Origin: Jimgerdemannia flammicorona
Lineage: Eukaryota
DNA: 41,753 nucleotides
Assembly (NCBI GenBank): GCA_003990765.1
Contig: RBNJ01000098.1
Coordinates: forward strand, 1 to 41,753
Direction of reading: 5' to 3'
Shown piece after piece: positions 22,685 to 33,282 of the stretch (position 1 is the stretch's first letter; every line of letters begins with the position of its first letter). The translations under genes and the position numbers were made by a program. A model generated the notes under the pieces. That model ran no database searches. It saw nothing but the letters and a program-made list of their open reading frames with translations, and had not been told where the DNA came from.

Positions 22685-25620
22685 CGATCCCAGTTGAGCC
22701 TGGCCTGACTAACACCCTCGCCAAAACACGTCAAGGCTAGTCACAATTCCCAAGTCTTTGCCTCGTTTGTCAACCAAAGGTCCATTGCGAAGGACCTTTC
22801 TCTTGACTTACCCACATAGACTTCCTCATTCGAACATTCTGGGGGATCTGTACAACATACAACAAACAGTAGCTCAAGGTCACTTTGTATTTGTTTTTCG
22901 CGGAGAAAGTGTCTATCACCGTCAATCGATCCATTGTTCATGTCCATTCTCCAACTTTCATCCAGACTATCTGACCATCGCTTCCAGTTAAACCCACACC
23001 CTCATCAAGATTCATAAAAGCTAGCCAAGATTCCCAATCTTTGTCTCATTCGCGGCTCGATGACGCAGAGCAAACAAAGGCCAGCTACTGCGAAGGACCT
23101 TTCTCTTGACTTGCCCACATCGACCTCCGTGTTCGAGTGTACACTTTGGGAAACCCATCCAATATCCAGCCAGCAGCAATTCAAGGTTAGATTTTTGTTG
23201 CTTTTTGCGGATAAAATATCTGACATCGTCCATCGTCCATCGTACCATTGTTCATCATCCGTCACGTCCTTCCTCCAACGTTCATCCAGATTATCCAACC
23301 CTCGCCTGGCCCTCATCACGGCTCGTCAAGGCTAGTCAAGATTCCCCCAGCCTTTGCCTCGTTCAACCATATGCCAGCTATTATGAAGGACCTTTCTCTT
23401 GGCTTACCCATATCGACCTCCACATTCGAGAGGACATTCTGAGGGATCTGTCCAACATCGGTAATCGTCTATCGTTTCATGGTTCATTATCCATCATTCA
23501 TTGTGTCCATTCCCCAACATTCATCTAGACTGTCTGATCCTCGCTCCCAGTTCAGCCTAGCCCTGGCTGACACCCTCACAAGAGTAGTCAAGATTACCCA
23601 GCCTTTGCCTCGTTTGTGGCTCGATGTCGCCGAGCAACCAAAGGTCAGCTATTGCGAAGGACGTTTCTCTTGACTTGCCCACATCGACCTCCGCATTCGA
23701 GTGCACACTCTGGGAAATCCATCCAATATCTATTCCAGGTAAGATTTTTCTTGCTTTTTGCGGAGTCATCCTCTATCGTTCATCGTTCATTTGTCGTGTC
23801 CATCCTCCGACGTTCATCCATATTATCCGACCCTCGCATGGCCATGGCCATCACCCTCATCAAGACTCGTCAAGGCTAGTCAAGATTCCTCAGCCTTTGC
23901 CTCCTTCGTGTCTTGTTGAGGCCGAGCAACCATTACGCCAGCTATTACGAAGGACCTTTCTCTTGACTTACTCATATCGACCTCCGCATCTAGACGATCT
24001 ATCTAGTATCCGTCATCGCCCATCGTCTCATCGTCCGTTATCCATTCATCGTTCGTTATCCATAATTCATCGTGTCCATTCCCCAACATTCATCTAGACT
24101 GTTCGATCCTCGCTCAGTTCAGCCTAGCCCTGGTTGACACCCTCGACAAGACTCAAGAGTAGTCAATGTTGTCTCGTTTGTGGCTCGATGTCGCCGAGCA
24201 ACCAAAGGCCAGCTATTGCGAAGGGATGATAGTTGATCCCCAGAATATGTTCTCGAATGCAGAAGTCGATGTGGGCAAGTCAAGAGAAAGGTCAGTGAAC
24301 CGCAGCTCAAGGTAAATCTTAACTTTGCTTTTTACAGAGAAACCGGTTGTCATCATCTAGCGATCCATCGTTCATCATATGTCCAAATTTTATCCAGATT
24401 ATCTGACCCTCGATCCCAGTTGAGCCTGGCCCTGGCACGCACTCTCGTTAAGAGTCACCAAGGCAAGACAAGATTCCCTAATCTTTGCCTCATTCGCGGC
24501 TTCATGTCGCCGAGCAACCAAAAGCCAGCTATTGCGAAGGACCTTTCTCTTGACTTGACCACATCGACTTCTACATTTGAAAACACATCTAAGGTAATGT
24601 AGTTAACATACAACCAACAGCAGTTCTCTAGGTCAGTTCCATCATTGCTTTTCTCGGAGTAACGTCTGTCATCATCTATCGTTCCATCGTTGATCATCCG
24701 TCATGTCCATCCTTCAATTTTCACCCCTGGCTCACACCCGCATTAAGACTCGCCAAGGCAAGTCAAGATTCCTTTATCTTTGCCTCATTTGTGGCTCGAT
24801 TCGCCGAGCAACTAAAGGCCAGCTATTCCTTTCTCTTGACTTGCCCACATCGACTTCTGCAAAGGAGACACATTCTAAGGGATCAAATTAACATACAAAC
24901 AACAGAAGTTCAAGGTCAGTTCCATCTTTGCTTTTCGCGGAGAAAACGTCTGTCATCAATATTGTTCCATCGTTGTTCTGTCATATTCATCCTTCAACTT
25001 TCATCCAGATTGTCTGACTTTGGATCACAGTTGAGCCTGGCCCTGGTTCACACACCATCGTCAAGAATCGTCAAGGCAAGTAACGATTCCCTAGTCTTCG
25101 TCTCGTTTGTGGCTCGATGTCGCCGAACAACCAAAGGCCAGCTATTGCGAAGGATCTTTCTCTTGACTTGCCCACATTGACTTCTGCATTCGAGATCACA
25201 TTCAAAGGGATTTAATTATAATACAACCAACAGCAGTTCAAGGTCAGCTCCGTTGTTCTTTTCGCTGATAAAACGTGTCATCACCTATTGTTCCATCGTT
25301 GATCGTCAGGCATGTCCATCCTCCAACTTTCATCCAGCTTATCTGACCTTCGATCCCAGTTGAGCCTGGCCCTGGTTCATACCCTCGTCAAGGCAAGTAA
25401 TGATTCCCTAGTCTTTGTCTCGTTTGTGGCTCGATGTAGCCGAGCAACTAAAGGCCAGCTATTGCGAAGAACACATTCTAAGGGATTTAATTAACATCCA
25501 ATCAACAGCCGTTCAAGGTCAATTTTTCCTTGCTTTTCGCGGGGAAAGTGTCTGTCATCTTCTATCATTCCATTGTTGATTATATGTCATGGCCATCCTC
25601 CAACGTTTATCCAGATTGTC
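22685..25620 (+). repeat. Tandem array of about 10 exon+intron modules (240-370 bp), Ser/Leu/Arg-rich
   Basis: The core GCTATTGCGAAGGACCTTTCTCTTGACTTGCCCACATCGAC recurs about 10 times. Acceptors are TTCATCCAG or TTCATCTAG; donors are AAG|GTCAGT, GTTAGA, GTAAGA, GTAAAT. Two measured exons (24398-24631 and 25009-25242) are both 234 nt. Confidence 0.88.
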
Positions 25621-26628
25621 CTTCGTAGCCCACACGTCGCTTATTACCATCCGACATCCATTAGGTAAGTCTTTTAGATTATGGTAGTAGATATATACAG
25701 ATGGGCGGGTGTGGCTTTGTAGAAGTACCGGCTCATTGTCTGCCTTCGGCTATCCACGTTTGTCATCGGCTATTATCGTCTGTCATCGGCTACATAGTCC
25801 ATCATTCCATCGTTCATCATCCGTCTTGTTCAAAATGCATTCAGAGAGTCCGACACCGTCCATACGTCATCTGTGGCCCGTTTCCATCTCCCCAACATCC
25901 CACATCCCATAGGTTCATCTTCACCAGCAATGGCAATTCAAAGTTAGGTTTTTATTTTTTTATTTCGTGTCGTTGAATAGAATGATGGATTTCTCCTGAC
26001 TATGAGCATCACCATCGTCCCCCCTTCCGCATAGTTATGAAATCTAATCTTTCTAACGTTCCCCTTTCTCAAACCCACCGATTATTATAATTTCTCCGAC
26101 CCTCGCATCTACAATCCTTCCCGCTATTTTTTTTACTCTTTCGCCATGGCCACGAAGGTATGTTTCCAGCAACTCTGGAAGCACAATGGGAGTGTGCGTA
26201 ACTTGGGGGTAGTGTGCTTCTAACTATGTGAGCGCATTTGTTTGATGTGTATTGCTGCCAATGCGAGAACGACCAACACATGCTCACAAATCGAATTATT
26301 TCAATTTCACGATATATTAAATGCTAGAAGCACGACGGTGTTATGCAACTCCAAAGACTGTTGAATGTTAGTTTCTGTTGTCTTCCATTAAAACATTCAA
26401 CTTGTTCAACGACTATTGGATATATACTTATTACACGTCTTCCCATTCGTTTAAAAGGAAAACTACGCCGCAATACCAACGACGACAAGAGATACACTAG
26501 GGTTGTTTGCACAGCCACCAAGTTGCCTGTCCAGTTGATTGGAGCAGTGACCTGGACCGTGTTGAAGACCAACTCCAACACCCCAATGAAAAGGGGCTGC
26601 GGTGGTAGCCATGGCACGTGTATCACGC

Positions 26629-27170
26629 GAACGTAAGATATGCCAAATGATGATTCCCCCCAAACCAGCTTTCAATGCTCGAGAACAAAAGCGGGGTGCG
26701 AAACTGATGGTCTTGGAGCGTTTGCACAACTCTATGGGTCACATCGTAGGCTGCTGGGTGACGCCCTGTGACTCTTGCCTGGAGCAGCATCCGGTGCTGT
26801 GCCGAAGGGCATACGTCACACCTAGAACGTGCCAATGATCGACGATCTGTAGTAGTGACCACAATGGGTATGGTTATGTGTAGCGCAGATGGATGCGGAC
26901 GAACGTAAGTAACGCCAAATGATGATTTTCACCCATATGAGATGCCAATGCTCAAGAACATATACGGGTGCGAAACTGATGGTCTTTAAGCGTTTGCACA
27001 ACTCTATGGGTTACATCGTAGACTGCTAGGTGATACCCTGTGACTCTTGCCTGGAGCAGCATCGGGTGCTGTGCCGAAGGGCAGCCGTCACACCTAGAAC
27101 GTGCCAATGATCTACAATCTGTAGAAGTGGCCAGTAATGGGTATGGTCGTGTGTAGCGCAGATGGATTTT
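26629..27170 (+). repeat. 272-bp tandem duplication of an intron+exon module
   Basis: Donors GTAAGA 26633 and GTAAGT 26905; acceptors CATCGTAG ending at 26749 and 27021; the copies are highly similar. Confidence 0.85.
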
Positions 27171-27667
27171 GGGAATACTAAAGCCAAATGATGATGCCTT
27201 TGATGTGGAAATAATATACTCGATATGATAGTATCTGATGGCTCTTCATAGTGAATCCAAAATCGTGTATCTACTTATCATATTAATATAATCTCTTCTG
27301 TATCGAAAGCTTCCCAGCCATTAAGTTACCATACCATCTTCACAACGTTGCCCTAGTATCGCATCGAAGGCATTGTTCGTATGCATAGTATATTCGTGCG
27401 ATTCCCTGAAGTCCTGTCGCGCATAATCGACGGACAATGGCATGAATTTTGGCTTCTGCAACTGTGGAAGTTGACAAAGCTGACAAACATCTCATTCGAC
27501 ACATTATCCATCGTCTTGACTCCGCTCCTGTAACTCAACAATGTGATTCATTTATTGCACGTTCAAGACTCACACGTGAAAAAGTACAAATTGGGCTGGC
27601 AGACCAAATGCCAATAAGTAAAGATGTTTATGACATATAAATGGATCGTTTGTCATCAAGGCTCAAC

Positions 27668-28150
27668 GCCATCACGACTCGAAAGACTCAGTTTATGAAT
27701 TATTTACCTTCGATGGTTTCGTTCGTCTTGAAAAAGACCTGCACTACGCAGGGGCCTCCCGAACGTTCCACTTCGTAGATGCATCCCGCGGTACCCGACC
27801 AGAGCTTTTTCTTGAGGTTGAGCCCCAGCTGCAATTTGTGCCCCACAGGAAATTTGCATCGCATTTTTACAATATCATCCTTGGGATCATAAAATTCGAA
27901 GGGGGCAGGGGTTGGAATCTATCGGTTCGGCGGCGGCTGCGGGGACAGGGCTTGGGTCGGCGGCGCCAGGTATCGGTTTAGCGGCGGTTGCTGGGACAGG
28001 ACTTGGCTTGGGTCCATCAGGCATCGGTTTGGCGGCAGCTGCGGGAGCAGCTCGAATCGATTCGGGGAGGCCCAATATCGGTAATGTCGGCGGAGCGGCG
28101 CCGTCTTCAAGAATTTTGCGAAGCCAAAAGAAAGGATGGTTGTTCGACTG
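27668..28150 (-). pseudogene. Kinase N-lobe pseudogene fragment with a Pro/Ala-rich linker (copy 2, paralog of 19970-20376)
   Basis: PAAAAKPMPDGPKPSPVPATAAKPIP...(fs)PAPFEFYDPKDDIVKMRCKFPVGHKLQLGLNLKKKLWSGTAGCIYEVERSGGPCVVQVFFKTNETIE, followed by a GTAAAT donor. Confidence 0.65.
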
Positions 28151-30191
28151 ATTAACGTTGATTGGAATACGTGAACAGAATTGCGAAGGGAAATATGAAC
28201 CAGGAATTGACACCGACAGGATCCCTGCAACCCATTATATACCTTGCTATAATCCTTCTGGGGCTTCGATTTAATTAAGGGTTCCCACTAACCTATTCAA
28301 GCCTTTTTCCTTGAGGATGGACGTTGTACCATCACGACTATTTGTTACGGATGCACGCAGTGGGGTCGTGAGGCACGCAATGGTTTTGGTTTGCGCCAGT
28401 TGGCGTATTATGACATATGCGAGGGAGTTTGAGACACGAGCTCCCGACGAGATCGGCTGTCATGGTAGGGAATACTGTTGGAGAATTTAATCAAACAGCT
28501 GCTTCCTTTGCCTCACCGACAATGCTCTCTAACATTCAAAATTGCAACCACCTTCTCGATGGCACCCCATTATATATTGGAAAAATGAATCCTTCTGACA
28601 TTGTTGCAGTTGATGACAAGAAGCGGATGTAGAGGATATGGTGGTGGAGGTGCCGGCCGATCAGCACCAAGCAGACCAATGGGCCTAAATACTGGGTAGA
28701 GGTTGCAATCGCCTAAAGAAACTTCGCGTTTCTGAAGTTTATGGTGCTGCCCGATTCCGATTATAATTGCAGCAGTAACGGTGACGACGATTGTAGCCAC
28801 GGTGGCCATGGTAATGCGGAGGAGGAAGGCGCAGATGTGGAAGAGGAGCGTAGACGGAGGTTGATGAAAAGGTCGTGAGACAATTGGTTGTGGCGCTTGG
28901 TCACGCAGTCGAACCAGCAATGCAATGCGATGGACGCGGGGAGTGAGAGGGTGTCGAGCTTCATAAATTAGGTTGCTTCGATTTTTACCAATATTAACGG
29001 CTGATCGCACCACATTTTCAAGTGGTTTCATTGTTTGCTGTTCTGAAACCCACTAGCAAAGGTAAGGCGAACACTGACTGAACACTAAAAATCACCCTGT
29101 TTTATTGTCAGATAGGTTTTTTAAGTCATGTACGTAATAACATCAATTTTTCCAAAAGCCCTAATTGCCCTCATTATTGTCAACGACCTTTCAGATATGT
29201 CAACATTATTACAGTCAAATGTGGTTATCCAAATAGGAGTATTTCGGGAAACATAGCGTAAACTACAGGAAAACGTCTTTCGCGTGATGGAGAGATGAAG
29301 TTGTATTATGAGTTGGCGGGTTGGAAGCAGACAACCTGCCAAGGCCGGAAGGTATCCGTCATGGGTACGTTTATGTTGCAACCAAGAGCAATTTCAAACA
29401 ACACCCAAATGAAGTTAAAAAAAAAAACATTAATAAGCTTGGGTCCGAAAGAATTGGCCATAAATTATCATAATTATATCCAACTGGTGCTCCTAAGGAC
29501 AGCTCCATCCAGAAAAGCCCGGAGAGCGATCCCACGGACGCTATTAATATCTTTAGTGTGTTGCATGTAGGGTCGTTTACCGTTTCTATACAGTAGAAAT
29601 GACACAATCTTTTGCGGACATGTTATAAAAAAAAAAAAAAAAAAATTGCGCGATCAATTAATCGTACACCGATTCATGGGGTGTTTATTCCGGACCTCTT
29701 ACATAATTTCGCCCTCGGTTTCATATTTCAATGCTCTGTGCATTACGACAGCCTGTTTAGATGGCTTCCTGTCATTCCCCTGGGCGTACTATGGAACATA
29801 CCTTTTTGTCGCATTTTCCTCCTTTGCGAAATAATGCAGACTCGTGTCATTGTCGCTCGAGACGTTCCTTTGCTGCAGCATGTTGTAAGTCCATATGTAG
29901 CTTAGTAAGCGTCAGTGTTTCCGTAGCTTTTGTGCCTCTTCTGTCTCATTAATCTTTAAGGAAAAGTACTCTGTAATTGGAACAGCGCGACTTGTTTTCC
30001 AGCCAAAGGCTGCGCAGCGCCCTCACGCGGATTAAGGATCGAGCGCATCGAGAATTTACATTGTGTGTAAAAGGGGACACATGTATATGTTTTACTTTCT
30101 TGACAGCAACCCACTGAGATTTATTTCGTTGTTATTTATGTATTTTGTCTTGGCGCTCTGGAGAACCTATTTCGTCAACGACCAAACTCAA

Positions 30192-32357
30192 TCAACACGA
30201 GTTGCAATTATCCACATACTCCAGCCAAAGCTCCTCAACCTCGCCAAAAGGTTTCCGAAACTCGCTTCTGGCAACCTTCTTCCATCGCTCCACTTCGTCG
30301 AACCTCTTGAGCTTCCCGTACATCTTTCCGATCAGTAATGCGAGGTCGACGCGGGTGAGATTGATCCCGGCAGAGCACGGTAGGTACTCGAATACCTCGA
30401 GTAGCGCCTGGACCGCCTGATTGATCCGGCCAAGGCAAGTGTTCAGTTCGGCAAATGCAGAGAGCGTGCGGACGAGGCCGATAGGATGTTGGTGTGGCTG
30501 CAACGCGGGCGGTGCCATTTTTGTGGCCACACCGCTGGCGGTAATATTCTTTTTGCCCAGGCGCGAGCGGGTGGATGTTATCGCACCAGTGCTCAAGTGC
30601 GTCTTGCGAAACTCGTCCATGATAATCTTCAGGCGTGGCATCATGCCCACATTGCCGATTTGAATTTCCGGCTGCGTGAATTCGTCGAACAGCTCTGCGC
30701 GGCAATGCCTTTCCTCTGGCTGCGCCCGCTCAAAGTCGCAGAGTGGGCAATGGCATTCAAAATTGCGCTTTTTGAGCTTCTTAATGGGAACTTCATACAT
30801 ATCTAAGACTTCGATATACGTGACGCAGACCTCCTCGCCCTCGCTAAGGTCACGAACCACGCGAATAAACATGAAGTCACCGATGTTGAAGAAGTTTGCA
30901 TTGGGGAGGCACGAATGATTAATTAGGGGCGGTTTTCCTGAGTTGTTTGTTGGGAAAATAGTGGCGGCCAGAGGTCGCCGTGGATCGCAAAGCTGTTTGC
31001 AACAACAGTGTTGGTAATGCGGGCGATGTCGATTTCTGCGGCCTCCGTTGCGTTTGTATGATTCGTGGACATGGGCGGCATGTTGGTGCCGCCATAGAGC
31101 TTGTAGAGTTTAGTTGCCATCCACGACTCTTCTTCAATTTTTTGATGATTTTGTCAACGATGTCTGGAATGAATATCCCTCGAAATTTACCGCAAATGCT
31201 TTGGAGTACAGAATCAGTGTTCCTTCCCCAATTTCCTTCGTGGCCACTATTCCACGGCCCTTTCCAGGAACCTCAGTGACGCGCACAGGCCCAACGTAAT
31301 CGGAGTGGTCCAAGTAAGGTAGGCACGTCGATGAAGCCTCTTGCAAAATGCCAATGACGTCGTACTGACCATACCTTTGTTCCTCGAGCCGCTGCCGCGT
31401 GCGTCGAGACAGCTCTTGCGTCTCTGCGGTCGCTCTGCTCAACATTTTTAAGCTAATGCATGCCTCCTCGTAGGATCTCATGGCATTTAGTGCCTTGAAT
31501 TGACGAAATCGTACCTTTGGATTCCCTTCATCAAGTTTGAAAGCCATCTCGGCACATTCCAGCGCTTTCCCGAACTGCTGCAGTTGCAAATGTACCTGAA
31601 CTCTGTTTGATAGCAGTACAGCGTCCAGCTCCAGTTCCAAGGCTTGAGTGCAGCTATCGATAGCTGATACGTATTCTTTACGATTGAATTGTTCGTTTCC
31701 CCTCCGTTGCAAGTCGCCAATATTTCTACTCCGAGGCTTTGATTGATTCTTGACGAGGAGACCATACATGATTGACACCGTATTGCACTACCGCAATCCG
31801 GCTAACAACAGTTCATCGACCTGCTTGTTCGGCACCAGTATCACATCGTCCAGGGAATCGCACCGGAGCATTGGGAGGCCATCCTCCGCAAAAGTTTCGT
31901 AGTAAAGATCCTTGATGAAGAGGCCCAACACGCACACAGCACACCACTTATATTGAAGTTGTAGAGAGACAGGTGAGCCCTCGTAACTTTCTTCGCCTGT
32001 GCGGCAGACGGCCCTTCACCAATGATCCTCGATTTCTACATGGACGGCAACGGAGTGCATAGGTTTGTTGATAGTGCGACAGACGACGACACGGCGACGG
32101 TGCATAGTATGCAGGCGGAGTTGGGGGAGGATGGCGCGCTCGAGAGAATTGAACTGAGTTATGGACGATTGAGGACACAGTCCGTGGAGGTTTAACGAGG
32201 AACTAATGGCAACAGTAACATTTGTTGGAGAGATGGAGCTAATGTATCCACGGAAAGTAACTGTCGTTGGGATTACATCGACAGCCAAAAGATAAAAGGA
32301 GAAAAATAGTCGTGTGTCGCCCGAAGATGATGGCTTGTGAGTTTGGTGACGCCCCAT
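30192..32357 (-). pseudogene. TPR- and SET-domain (SMYD-like) lysine methyltransferase pseudogene
   Basis: N-terminal VCRTINKP..VEIED..LSLYNF..IKDLYY..LRCDSLDDV. TPRs: GNEQFNRKEYVSAIDSCTQAL, LLSNRVQVHLQLQQFGKAL. SET-N: GKGRGIVATKEIGEG. SET-C: LINHSCLPNA...RDLSEGEEVCVTYI. Post-SET: FECHCPLC. Several frameshifts and stops split it across ORFs. Confidence 0.9.
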
Positions 32358-33282
32358 AAATTTCTCTCAGTCAGCAATGCATCACTGCCTTCATACATGA
32401 GTGGGTTCACAGTTCAATCATCGCAGGAATTTCTTGGGCGCCGTTGGCTAGCGCGCCGAATACAAAGAGTTTAATGCCGAAATGGTTTGATGCCAATGTT
32501 AGAGGCGCTGGACAAATGCAAACCATTATGTAGAGCATTTCGTTTTATGGCATTAGCGCATTTGCGTGCCACTGATCCCATTTTCTACTAAGTTCCATAG
32601 AACTACAAAGGTCGTAACACTGGTTTCAATTCAATTGCAGGTCCTTCCATAATCTTGGCGGTTTGATTAATATTCTTGAGTCTATTGTAAAGATAACCAA
32701 GGTCATGTCAGTAGGATTGTTCCTTGTAAGTGCTGATTTTGGTGTTGATCTTGGAATAAAAAGCAGAAGGAATTGTAGTGACGTGTAGTCCTGCATTTTA
32801 AAAATTTACTTTGCGTTTATCGCCGCCCAAAAATTCATACTCTATACATTCTCAAGATTAAAGATCAAAGCGTGCACCACTCAATTTTGCCTCAATGTAG
32901 ATCGTAGTGGCGAAGAGCCTCATGATTGGTAATGACGTGGCATTGATGACGCTTTTACTTAAGCCACAAATGAATGACGTAGGACATATATTGAGTTTTA
33001 TGATTCCATTCATATATAAATTGCACACTAAAAAATGCAGAGAAAATCAAAGAAATATAAAGCATTATATCTGAAGGCTTTTTGTGGTATGAAAGTCATG
33101 TGTAAAGCTTAGATAGATGCTGCACTATAAATAAAGAGAAAGATATATTAAAAATGTAAAAATATATAATTATTTTCACTATATTTACATAATTGATAAT
33201 AAATATTAATATTCATGATTTTTGAAATAAAAAGAGCTCTTCCTAAAATAATAATTAGTATTGACCTTTTCACCAGTAACAT

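Noticed and set aside
28300-28970. Possible LRR/F-box gene remnant (LGRGCNRLKKLRV)
   Set aside because: A single motif among many stops; no product can be assigned.
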